A stretch of 64,000 nt of DNA, taken from positions 155,553-219,552 of the forward strand of contig CAVOSN010000005.1 in assembly GCA_963698805.1 (NCBI GenBank), in the 5' to 3' direction. The translations under genes and the position numbers were made by a program. Positions within the stretch are counted from its first letter, which is position 1; each line of letters begins with the position of its first letter. Positions 37,136 through 45,120 of the stretch are shown here, one piece after another. Origin of the DNA: an uncultured Acidobacteriota bacterium. GTDB taxonomy: Bacteria; Acidobacteriota; Terriglobia; Terriglobales; Acidobacteriaceae. The notes beneath the pieces were generated by a model. It saw nothing but the letters and a program-made list of their open reading frames with translations, had not been told where the DNA came from and ran no database searches.

Positions 37136-38095
37136 GTGATGGTAGCGTGCGAGATCCGGAAAGAAGACAAAAAGTCCAAGATTGCCTGCGCCGAATCGGG
37201 CAATTTCGCAGTGAGTGTAAACGCTGCTAACAAAGTGAGCATGATAGCCTTGCTGCCTGATATGGCTCCCGGTAAGACAAAATTCCAAACCAAGCGAACT
37301 CGAAAGTTCAGGGCTAATGCGTTGTCCGAAGCGGACGAGCGCACGATCAGCCACATTGAGGAATTTGCCTGTTCTGTTGTCAGCGTTAAGCGGACGAACT
37401 ACGGCCTCGGGTGGTCGTACACCCTGGGCATTTTCGATACCAGCGGCGAACCCGAAATCATCGCTGTGGGACTGTTACCAGAAACCGCGCACTTTGCATT
37501 GAACGAAGCCGCGAAACTGCTACGAGCCGGAGTCGATCTCACTACGGGCCGACACCGCGATCTAATCGGGCAGGTGGATTGTGAGTTCCGCCCTGTTGAC
37601 CGAAAGTGGGTCGAACACCTTATGGGGTGGGCGCTCTGGTACTACGATGGCGATGACTTTTCTGTAGTTCAGGCTGTCTATCCCGATCTGCAGAATCGGT
37701 TCCCGGAGGACGAAGGGTTTGACAAGGCCTTTGAGCAGCCTCTGATGCAGCCCGATGCTCCCATGACGGGAGCCGAGAATGATTTTTGGGCCTCAGCTGA
37801 TCCGAAAAGTAGCCTATTCAACTGGAAGTTCCCAGACGCTCCGCACACGAGAGTATTCCTTTCGGAGACGGTCAACAGCGGGACCGAACCAGTCACATAC
37901 GTCTCACACGACGGTGAAGACGGTGCGTGGCAGTTTTTGGGTGACAGTATGTCCGATGGAGGCGGTCCCATAATCTCTTGCTTTCACCACCCGATCGACC
38001 GCGATCCAAGTCTCACTGAATTGGCTGATCTTCCCTTGGGATGGTATGCCGAGCGGGATAGAGTCGGGGAACCGTGGACTCGAAAGAAGAGGTGA
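37136..38095 (+). CDS. DUF4262-like N-terminal domain fused to a DUF2185-like C-terminal domain (unknown function)
   Basis: WSYTLGIFDTSGEPEIIAVGL resembles DUF4262. VTYVSHDGEDGAWQFLGDSMSDGG resembles DUF2185. Both assignments are from recollection. Start ambiguous (37136, 37139, 37238 or 37262). Confidence 0.65.
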   Translation: MMVACEIRKEDKKSKIACAESGNFAVSVNAANKVSMIALLPDMAPGKTKFQTKRTRKFRANALSEADERTISHIEEFACSVVSVKRTNYGLGWSYTLGIFDTSGEPEIIAVGLLPETAHFALNEAAKLLRAGVDLTTGRHRDLIGQVDCEFRPVDRKWVEHLMGWALWYYDGDDFSVVQAVYPDLQNRFPEDEGFDKAFEQPLMQPDAPMTGAENDFWASADPKSSLFNWKFPDAPHTRVFLSETVNSGTEPVTYVSHDGEDGAWQFLGDSMSDGGGPIISCFHHPIDRDPSLTELADLPLGWYAERDRVGEPWTRKKR

Positions 38096-38194
38096 AAAAG
38101 TTATGACTACATTGCCCCACTTGATGGAAGTGGCAAAGTTGCGAGGATTGACCTGAAGAGGCTGCAGAAAAAGTCTCCGAAGCCACAGAGAACG

Positions 38195-38320
38195 GACCTC
38201 AGGCGCTAAAGCGCGGAGGGATTTTCAGCGACTTAACGGCACGACTGAAGTCGTGCCCTTCCCAAGACCAGCCCGAAGCACGGTTTTTCCCGCAGCCAGT
38301 GAAGGCGTGCCCTGATACGG
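38195..38320. repeat. REP-like cluster of hairpins
   Basis: GCGC-taaa-GCGC (38203-38214). GGCACGAC-tgaa-GTCGTGCC (38238-38257). GAAGTCGTGCCCT repeated as GAAGGCGTGCCCT (38301-38313). Confidence 0.35.
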
Positions 38321-38408
38321 ACCTTAAAAGCGCGACCTCATCGAACCTGCTCCCCTTCCAGTCCTCCTGAGGCGTGGCTCTCCATGGCCCGCTATTAGCA
38401 GAAATCAC

Positions 38409-39992
38409 TTACTTCTTCAATTCTTTCAGAATCTCACGCGCAGCGTTCGCGCCCGAGCCGCCTGTCAAGCCTGCGCCTGGGTGCGTCCCGCTTCCGCAGA
38501 GATACAGATTCGTTATCGGCGTGCGGTAGCGCGCCCAATCGAGCAGCGGGCGCATGGTGAAGAACTGGTCGAGCGCCAACTCGCCGTGGAAGATCTGGCC
38601 CGACGTCAGGCCGTAAGTGTCTTCCAGATCTTTGGGCGTGATGATCTGGCCTTCGAGTACGAGCGAGGGCAGGTTGGGCGCGTACTGCGCTAGCGTGCTG
38701 ACGACCGTGTCGCCGAGGGCGCCGCGTTGCGCGTTCCAGTCGCCTTTCAACTTGTAGGGCGCGTACTGCATGTAGATCGACATGACGTGCTTGCCGCTTG
38801 GAGCCAGGCTTGGATCGGTGAGCGAGGGGATGGTCACTTCCAGGTAAGGTTGCTTCGAGAAGTCGCCGTACTTCGACTCGTCGAAAGCGCGCTCCAGGTA
38901 GTCGATGCCGTGGCTGATCTGGATGCGGCCCTGCAGCGCTGCGGAGTTGCCGTTCTTGATGGCGGTGAAGTTGGGGAGGCCGTCGAGGGCGAGATTGATT
39001 TTCGCCACCGTTCCCATCATGCGATAGTGCTGGAGCTTCTCGGCGAAGCCCGGGGTCAGATGCGTCGGGTCGACCAGGTGCAGAAGGGTGCGCTTCGGGT
39101 CGGCGTTGGAGATGATCGCGTTCGCGGCAATCTCGTCGCCGGACTTCAGCACGACTGAGGTCGCTACGCCGTTTTTCACGCGGATCTCTGCGACTTCGGC
39201 GTTGGTGCGGATTTCGGCGCCGGCCGCTTTCGCAGCGGACGTCATGGCCTGCGTGATGGCTCCGATTCCACCTGCGGCAAAGTTGGCTGAGCCTGCCGGA
39301 TGCGCGTCGCCTGCGCCGCGAATCAGAAGCACGAGCGCGCTGCCTGCTGACCACGGTCCGAGGAAGGTTCCGAAAATGCCACGCGCGGCGATCGTGCCGC
39401 GAATTAGATCGGTCTCGAAGTATTCAGCGACAAGGTCGGCAACTGCCATCGGCCCCCAGCGCAGGAGGCGATAGAGGTCTTTCTTGCCCAGCTTGCGCAG
39501 GGCGCGGCCGGTTTGCAGCATGCCCCAGAGATCGGTGCGGCTCGGGCTGTCGATGTCGGGCGGCGTCATTTTCAACGCGTCGGCGATGACGCTACCCATC
39601 TTGCGCAACGATTCCTGCAGCTCGGGATACTTCGCGGCGTCTTTTTGCGAGAACGAGGAGATTTCTTTGGCTGATTTTTGCGTGTCGATGTAGAGCGTGA
39701 GGGCGCGGCCGTCGGGCGTGAGCGAGACAACGCTGGTTTCGGGCGTGATCAGCTTCAGGCCGTGTTGCTCGAGTTGCATGTCGCGCACGATGTCGGGGCG
39801 GATCGGCCCTGCGGCGTGCGCGAGCGTCGAGCATTTGAATCCGGGATGGAATTCTTCGGTGATGGCGGCGCCGCCCGTCTGGGCGCGGCGTTCGAGGACG
39901 AGAGGTTTAAATCCTGCCTTGGCGAGGTAGAAGGCGGTGACCAGGCCGTTGTGACCGCCACCGATGATGACGACGTCGCGCTTGTCGGCCAT
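38409..39992 (-). CDS. CrtI-like (phytoene desaturase family) FAD-dependent oxidoreductase, paralogue B
   Basis: Start MADKRDVVIIGGGHNGL at 39992 (dinucleotide-binding motif). C-terminal CGSGTHPGAGLTG. Confidence 0.85.
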   Translation of the reverse strand: MADKRDVVIIGGGHNGLVTAFYLAKAGFKPLVLERRAQTGGAAITEEFHPGFKCSTLAHAAGPIRPDIVRDMQLEQHGLKLITPETSVVSLTPDGRALTLYIDTQKSAKEISSFSQKDAAKYPELQESLRKMGSVIADALKMTPPDIDSPSRTDLWGMLQTGRALRKLGKKDLYRLLRWGPMAVADLVAEYFETDLIRGTIAARGIFGTFLGPWSAGSALVLLIRGAGDAHPAGSANFAAGGIGAITQAMTSAAKAAGAEIRTNAEVAEIRVKNGVATSVVLKSGDEIAANAIISNADPKRTLLHLVDPTHLTPGFAEKLQHYRMMGTVAKINLALDGLPNFTAIKNGNSAALQGRIQISHGIDYLERAFDESKYGDFSKQPYLEVTIPSLTDPSLAPSGKHVMSIYMQYAPYKLKGDWNAQRGALGDTVVSTLAQYAPNLPSLVLEGQIITPKDLEDTYGLTSGQIFHGELALDQFFTMRPLLDWARYRTPITNLYLCGSGTHPGAGLTGGSGANAAREILKELKK

Positions 39993-41584
39993 TACGCAGC
40001 CCCCTTGACGTCTTTGAGAATCTCGAGCGCGGAGAGGCGGCCCGGTGCGCCCATGATGCCGCCGCCGGGATGCGTGGCCGATCCGCACATGTAGAGGTTC
40101 TTGATCGGCGTGCGGAACTGCGCCCAGCCTGCGACCGGGCGCAGGAAGAAGAGTTGCTCGAGCGAAAGCTCGCCCTGGAAGATGTTGCCTTCGGTCAGGC
40201 CAAATTCACGTTCGAGATCGAGCGGCGTGACGACCTGGCGGTGCAGGATGATGTCGCGAATGTTGGGTGCGTATTCGGCGATGGTGTCGATGACGGTGTC
40301 GCCGAATTTTTCTTTCTCCGTGTCCCAGTGCAGTCCGGGCGCGAGCTTGTAGGGCGCGTACTGCACGAAGCATGACATCACGTGCTTTCCCGGAGGCGCG
40401 ACGGACGGATCGGTGAGCGACGGAATCACGGTGTCAATGTAGGGACGGCGGGAGAAGTGTCCGTACTTCGCGTCGTCGTAGGCGCGCTCCATGTATTCGA
40501 CGCTGGGAGAGAACGACATCGCGCCGCGCAGGTGCGCGCCCTCGCCGGGCATGCATTTGAAGTTCGGCAGGCCGTCGAGCGCGAGATTCACTTTGCCGGA
40601 AGAGCCGCGATACTTGTAGCGGCGAATCTCTTCCAGGAAGTCGTCGGCGATGTTGCCCGGCTCGATGAAGTCGATGAAGGTGTGCTTCGGGTCGACGCTG
40701 GAGGAAACGATGTCGGCATAAACCTCGTCACCGTTGCCAAGGACGACGCCCTTCGCTTTGCCTTCCTTCACGATGATTCTTGCAGTAGGAGCTTGCGTGC
40801 GGATTTCGACTCCTGCTTCGCGGGCAGCGTCAGCGATTGCATTCGAGATCGCGCCGGTGCCGCCGCGCGCGAATCCCCAGGCACGGAAGGCGCCGTCGAT
40901 TTCTCCCATGTAGTGATGGAGCAGAACGTACGCGGTTCCCGGCGAGCGCACGCCGAGGAACGTGCCGATGATGCCCGAGGCCGACATGGTGGCTTTGAGC
41001 ACATCGGTCTCGAACCACTGGTCGAGGAAGTCGATCGCGCTCATGGTCATAAGCTGCACCTGGTTGTACTTGTCGTCGCTGGAGAGATCCTGGAAGCGGC
41101 GGCCGATGAAGAGCAGCTTCATCAATTCTTTGGGATTCAACGTAGCTGGATCGGGCGGGACCATGCCGAGGATGGGCTTCACGAATCGACACATGGCCTG
41201 CATCGCCTTGCCGAATTCGTCGTAGGCCTCGGCGTCGGATTTCGAATGGCGCGCAATTTCGCGATGGGTACGGCCGTGATCGTTCACGCGCCAGAGGTAG
41301 TCGCCGCTGGGCATGGGCGTAAAGGTGCCGTCGAGCGGAAGGATTTCGAGGCCGTGGCGCGGGAGGTCGAGGTCGCGGATGATTTCCGGGCGCAACAGCG
41401 AGACGACGTAGGAGCAGACCGAGAACTTGAAGCCCGGGTAGACCTCTTCGGTGACAGCGGCGCCGCCGAGCACGTGACGGCGCTCGAGCACGAGAACTTT
41501 TTTGCCCGCCTTGGCGAGGTAGGCGGCGTTGACGAGGCCGTTGTGGCCTCCGCCGATCACGATGACGTCGTATTTGGTAGCCAT
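39992..41584 (-). CDS. CrtI-like (phytoene desaturase family) FAD-dependent oxidoreductase, paralogue A
   Basis: MATKYDVIVIGGGHNGL and C-terminal CGSATHPGGGIMG. Its stop TAA shares one nt with the ATG of paralogue B (TAATG). Confidence 0.85.
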   Translation of the reverse strand: MATKYDVIVIGGGHNGLVNAAYLAKAGKKVLVLERRHVLGGAAVTEEVYPGFKFSVCSYVVSLLRPEIIRDLDLPRHGLEILPLDGTFTPMPSGDYLWRVNDHGRTHREIARHSKSDAEAYDEFGKAMQAMCRFVKPILGMVPPDPATLNPKELMKLLFIGRRFQDLSSDDKYNQVQLMTMSAIDFLDQWFETDVLKATMSASGIIGTFLGVRSPGTAYVLLHHYMGEIDGAFRAWGFARGGTGAISNAIADAAREAGVEIRTQAPTARIIVKEGKAKGVVLGNGDEVYADIVSSSVDPKHTFIDFIEPGNIADDFLEEIRRYKYRGSSGKVNLALDGLPNFKCMPGEGAHLRGAMSFSPSVEYMERAYDDAKYGHFSRRPYIDTVIPSLTDPSVAPPGKHVMSCFVQYAPYKLAPGLHWDTEKEKFGDTVIDTIAEYAPNIRDIILHRQVVTPLDLEREFGLTEGNIFQGELSLEQLFFLRPVAGWAQFRTPIKNLYMCGSATHPGGGIMGAPGRLSALEILKDVKGAA

Positions 41585-41615
41585 TAGCTTCGAGCCTCGA
41601 GCTTTGGAATTCGAT

Positions 41616-41647
41616 ACTGGCTGCTAGCTACTGGCTGCTGGCGAGCC
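41616..41647. repeat. Tandem word ACTGGCTGCT x2 upstream of the CrtI-like operon
   Basis: ACTGGCTGCT-AGCT-ACTGGCTGCT-GGCGAGCC. Similar in style to the GCTGGTAGC tract at 15508. Confidence 0.45.
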
Positions 41648-41816
41648 ATTTCAATTCGAAACGAATGAGAACAAGTTTGCGCGTAGGTGGAATCGCGGAT
41701 CAGAGACCGCTGAGGCGAACGGACCAGGCTATGAGTGTGCGGCGCATGTCGATTAAGTTTGCCATTCTAGCTGAGGGCGGCGGATTTGTCTTTGGGAATG
41801 CTGCTCAGCCTGCGAT

Positions 41817-41844
41817 TTGACAGAGTCTCACCGTGGGCTACAAT
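41817..41844 (+). promoter_or_regulatory. Sigma-70-type promoter for the Sel1/TM gene
   Basis: TTGACA (41817-41822), a 16-nt spacer, then TACAAT (41839-41844), 23 nt upstream of ATG 41867. Confidence 0.5.
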
Positions 41845-41866
41845 CCGCGATGCTGGTCATCAGCGT

Positions 41867-42970
41867 ATGACAAGGAATTGGAAACTTGGACTCGGAATCT
41901 GCCTCGCAATAGGCGCCGCAGGATTAATCGTTGGCATCAGTGTTCAGAAGCTTAAGCAACGGCGGCTCATTCAAGCGGCAAAGACCATGCGAGTTCGGGC
42001 CGAACAGGGAGATGCGAAAGCTCAATTCCAGCTCGGCTATATGTACTTTTACGGAAAAGGAGTGCCCCAGAGCTACACAGAGTCGGTCCGCTGGTGTCGT
42101 AAAGCCGCAGAGCAGGGTGACGCTTTAGCCGAGTCTCGAATGGGCGCGCTGTACTTCTACGGAAACGGAGTACCACAGGACTACAACGAAGCAGTCCAGT
42201 GGTACCGCAAAGCCGCCGAGCAAGGCGAGCCTCAGGGCGAGCTCGGTCTCGCTTCCGCCTATTTCTATGGCAAAGGTGTACCCCAGGACTATGGCGAAGG
42301 GGTCCGCTGGTACCGCAAGTCTGCTGAGCAGGGGAACGCGGCAGCTCAATTTAGTCTCGGATCCATATATAGCCAAGGAACGGGCGTGCAGCAAGACTTT
42401 ACCGAAGGGATCGCTTGGTATCGCAAGGCTGCAGGCCAAGGGGATGCTGGTGCGGAATATGCCCTCGGGTATTTGTATTACAACGGAAAGGGCCTTCCCC
42501 GGGACGATCGCGCAGCGCTACGGTGGCTACATGCGTCAGCCGACCATGGGTCCACAGATGCGAAGTTCGTTCTTCGATCTTTCGATAAAAGGTCGACCAC
42601 AAGCAGAGCAATTGACTATTCCGTGTTTTTCTTTGCTCTCGGCGGAGGATCGTTCTTCCTGCTGGATTTCTTACGTTCGGGAAGGAGCCTTCGAAATTCA
42701 CTGCCTCCGGTCGCGTTTGGAATGGTGTGCTTATGCAACGCCGGGTTGGTTTTATACGGGATTAGGCACGACAGTATGCGCTATTCCGCATGCCGCAATG
42801 TTTTCTATATGGCCAAGGGCATCATGATCGGCATGGCCATAATTTTGGGTTTAGCGATCATGATCGCACCCACACAAAAGAGGACTGCGCGCGAACAGAG
42901 AAATCAAACCGAATACGGTCCAGCCCATCCCGACGAACCTAACGCTAAAGCCGATTCCACCCAGAGCTAG
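41867..42970 (+). CDS. Membrane-anchored Sel1-repeat protein with C-terminal multi-TM region
   Basis: N-terminal TM (LGLGICLAIGAAGLIVGISV). Six or more Sel1 units (AQFQLGYMYFYGKGVPQSYTESVRWCRKAAEQG and similar). Hydrophobic helices near the C-terminus. Confidence 0.8.
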   Translation: MTRNWKLGLGICLAIGAAGLIVGISVQKLKQRRLIQAAKTMRVRAEQGDAKAQFQLGYMYFYGKGVPQSYTESVRWCRKAAEQGDALAESRMGALYFYGNGVPQDYNEAVQWYRKAAEQGEPQGELGLASAYFYGKGVPQDYGEGVRWYRKSAEQGNAAAQFSLGSIYSQGTGVQQDFTEGIAWYRKAAGQGDAGAEYALGYLYYNGKGLPRDDRAALRWLHASADHGSTDAKFVLRSFDKRSTTSRAIDYSVFFFALGGGSFFLLDFLRSGRSLRNSLPPVAFGMVCLCNAGLVLYGIRHDSMRYSACRNVFYMAKGIMIGMAIILGLAIMIAPTQKRTAREQRNQTEYGPAHPDEPNAKADSTQS

Positions 42971-43035
42971 TGAGGGCTGCCAAACCTTCATCGCTGCTAT
43001 AATCCGCCTTCGATCTTTCACTGTGAGGGACTCCT

Positions 43036-44232
43036 TTGCCCATCGGAACCGCACTTCATGAGCGCACCTTTCCTCTTTGTCACAGCCTGAATTACCGCGA
43101 GTGGTCGGGGTACTACACGGTCAGCGTGTACGAGGTGCATCACGAGCACGAGTACAACGCGATCCGCAATGCTTGCGCGATGATCGACATCTCGCCGCTC
43201 TACAAGTACCTGATCACTGGGAAAGACGCGACCAAGCTGGTCAATCGCGTGATCACGCGCGACATTAACAAGGTGAAGGTCGGGCAGGTCATCTACTGCT
43301 GCTGGTGCGATGAAGATGGCAAGGTCATCGACGATGGAACGATTTCTCGGCTCGAGGAAAATGTTTATCGCTGGACGGCGGCCGATCCGAGCCTGCGCTG
43401 GTTCAAGCAGAACGGCTTGAACATGGACGTGCAGATTGAGGACATCTCGGAGAAGGTCGCGGCACTGGCGCTGCAGGGGCCGACTTCGGGGAAGTTGCTC
43501 AAAGTCGCGGCCGAAGCGGATATTGCGAACCTGAAATATTTCCGCGTGACGCGTGGCAAGATCAACAGCGTGCCCGTGGACATTTCGCGCACCGGGTATA
43601 CGGGCGATCTTGGCTATGAGATCTGGGCTCCATGGAATGACGCCGTGAAAGTGTGGGACGCGCTCATGGCGAAGGGCAAGCAGTTCGATATTCACGCTGC
43701 GGGCATGCTGGCGCTGGACGTGGCGCGGGTCGAGGCCGGGTTGCTGCTGATCGAGGTGGACTACAGCAGTTCAAAGAAAGCGCTCATTCCGTCGCAGAAG
43801 TTTTCGCCGTACGAGCTGGGCTTCGGGAAGATGGTGCATCTCGACAAGGAGAATTTTGTCGGCAAGACGGCGTTGCAGCGCGATGAGAAAAATGGCGTGC
43901 CGCGACAACTGGTCGGGCTCGAAGTCGATTGGGTAGAAGTGGAGGAGCAGCACGACAAGTATGGGTTGACCCCGGCGGCCCCTTCCCAGGCTTCGCGCGT
44001 GGCCGTGCCGATTTACTCCGGCGACAAACATATCGGGAAGGCCACCACGACTACGTTCTCTCCGCTGTTGAAGAAACTGATTGCGCTGGCCAGCGTGGAC
44101 ACCGCGTACTCGACGCCTGGCACAAAGCTGCAGATGGAATTGACGATTGAGGCGCAGCGGTTGAAGACGACAGCGACGGTGGTGAAGTTGCCGTTTTTCA
44201 ATCCGGCGCGGAAGACGGCGACGCCTGTCTAG
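43036..44232 (+). CDS. Aminomethyltransferase-family (GcvT-like) folate-binding protein
   Basis: 398-aa ORF with GcvT-like motifs (MIDISPLYKYLITGKDA, ALQGP, ISRTGYTGDLGYEIW). TTG start is uncertain. Confidence 0.85.
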   Translation: MPIGTALHERTFPLCHSLNYREWSGYYTVSVYEVHHEHEYNAIRNACAMIDISPLYKYLITGKDATKLVNRVITRDINKVKVGQVIYCCWCDEDGKVIDDGTISRLEENVYRWTAADPSLRWFKQNGLNMDVQIEDISEKVAALALQGPTSGKLLKVAAEADIANLKYFRVTRGKINSVPVDISRTGYTGDLGYEIWAPWNDAVKVWDALMAKGKQFDIHAAGMLALDVARVEAGLLLIEVDYSSSKKALIPSQKFSPYELGFGKMVHLDKENFVGKTALQRDEKNGVPRQLVGLEVDWVEVEEQHDKYGLTPAAPSQASRVAVPIYSGDKHIGKATTTTFSPLLKKLIALASVDTAYSTPGTKLQMELTIEAQRLKTTATVVKLPFFNPARKTATPV

Positions 44233-44263
44233 TCGTCAGTCGTCAGGCGCTAGTCGTCAGCGC
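44230..44263. repeat. AGTCGTCAG word tract beginning with the gcvT-like stop codon
   Basis: TAGTCGTCAGTCGTCAGGCGCTAGTCGTCAGCG. It is the reverse complement of the CTGACGACT tract upstream of mreC. Confidence 0.5.
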
Positions 44264-44291
44264 AATCTCGTGCTGCCGGCAGAACGCAAGT

Positions 44292-44339
44292 GTCCCTCGA
44301 CTTCGTTCGGCCGGCGCCTCACTTCGCTCGGGATGACAA
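44292..44339 (+). repeat. Dispersed 48-nt repeat, copy A
   Basis: GTCCCTCGACTTCGTTCGGCCGGCGCCTCACTTCGCTCGGGATGACAA. 43 of 48 positions identical to copy B at 46326-46373, same orientation. Confidence 0.65.
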
Positions 44340-44362
44340 ACTGAGGGTGACTCGAGAAAGTC

Positions 44363-44390
44363 AAAAGGCACGCCTTTCGGCGTGCCTTTT
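44363..44390. terminator. Bidirectional rho-independent terminator between convergent genes
   Basis: AAAAGGCACGCC-tttc-GGCGTGCCTTTT: 12-bp perfect stem with A/T runs on both sides. Confidence 0.7.
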
Positions 44391-44412
44391 CCGTGTTGAC
44401 ATCCTTTGCTGC

Positions 44413-44832
44413 TTAGCGCACGGATGCGATCACGGGGACGTCGCGCGAGCGGAGTTTCGCTTCGATTTCGTTTTCGAGAGCGCTCTTCTGGAATTGCTGT
44501 CCCCGTCGAGTACCCTCGACCCAGATCTGGTACAGGAAGCACTGGTCCTTGCCGTAGCAGTGGAAGACCAGCTTGGTGGTTTTGGAGGGCGACGAAAGCT
44601 CCGCGCGATTTGGCATCACTAGCTTGGCAGCATTCTTCTCGTAGCTCTGAATCAACAGGTTGTTGCCGCTGCTGCCGAGCGTCGAAATTACGTACTCGCC
44701 AGCCGGCATGTTGGTACGGTTCACGGTGAAGTTGAACGGCACATTGGCCTCGACCCGATTCTGTGCCAGCGCCGAGCCTGCCACAAGCGTCAAACTCAGC
44801 ACGCCAACCAAAGAGAGAATTTGCTTTTTCAT
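44413..44832 (-). CDS. Small secreted protein (139 aa), unknown function, sigma-54-dependent candidate
   Basis: AAGGAGGA, then 5 nt, then ATG 44832. Signal peptide MKKQILSLVGVLSLTLVAGSALA. The longer ORF start at 44940 is rejected. Confidence 0.75.
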   Translation of the reverse strand: MKKQILSLVGVLSLTLVAGSALAQNRVEANVPFNFTVNRTNMPAGEYVISTLGSSGNNLLIQSYEKNAAKLVMPNRAELSSPSKTTKLVFHCYGKDQCFLYQIWVEGTRRGQQFQKSALENEIEAKLRSRDVPVIASVR

Positions 44833-44951
44833 CGTTCCTCCTTTGTGAGGACGGCGGAAGCCCAGCCTTGCTGGCCCTTCGATTCCCGAATAAGGGGAGG
44901 CCGCCTTCACTGCCCCACGATTTGCGGCTGCACGCCGCATGTCCTATGACA

Positions 44952-44968
44952 ATGCACGGCGCGTGCCA
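44952..44968 (-). promoter_or_regulatory. Sigma-54 (-24/-12) promoter
   Basis: The minus strand reads TGGCACG-CGCC-GTGCAT against the consensus TGGCACG-N4-TTGCW. It lies about 120 nt upstream of the small secreted-protein ATG and next to a sigma-54 activator gene. Confidence 0.65.
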
Positions 44969-45089
44969 ACCGCTGCCGGGAACTACGCGTCGGCCCTTTT
45001 GAGTGGCGTAAGTTGGTGAGGCGGTTCGCCCTTCGAACGCGGGTCCTGCCAAGCCCAAAGAAAGCTTGTAACGAATAAGCGGACCGTTT

Positions 45090-45109
45090 CACTAACCCAT
45101 CAGTTAGTG
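45090..45109. promoter_or_regulatory. Inverted repeat, candidate activator binding site (UAS/operator)
   Basis: CACTAAC-ccatca-GTTAGTG, about 130 nt upstream of the -24 element and just upstream of the activator gene start. Confidence 0.3.
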
Positions 45110-45120
45110 GGCCTCGCTGT

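Noticed and set aside
38199-38408. 69-aa ORF between the DUF4262-like gene and the CrtI-like gene.
   Set aside because: It coincides with REP-like hairpins, has no SD, and the peptide looks like a translated repeat.
41786-41866. TTG start at 41786 for the Sel1/TM protein (ORF-track start).
   Set aside because: A good TTGACA-N16-TACAAT promoter lies inside this extension (41817-41844). ATG 41867 immediately precedes the TM helix.
42971-43035. Glycine riboswitch upstream of the GcvT-like gene.
   Set aside because: The spacer is only about 65 nt, too short for even a single glycine aptamer, and no conserved aptamer motifs were seen.
44243-45058. 271-aa minus-strand ORF overlapping the small secreted-protein gene and the sigma-54 promoter.
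   Set aside because: It runs through the terminator hairpin and the 48-nt repeat (giving ...CHPERSEAPAERSRG...). It has low-complexity composition and competes with a much better SD+ATG+signal-peptide gene in another frame.
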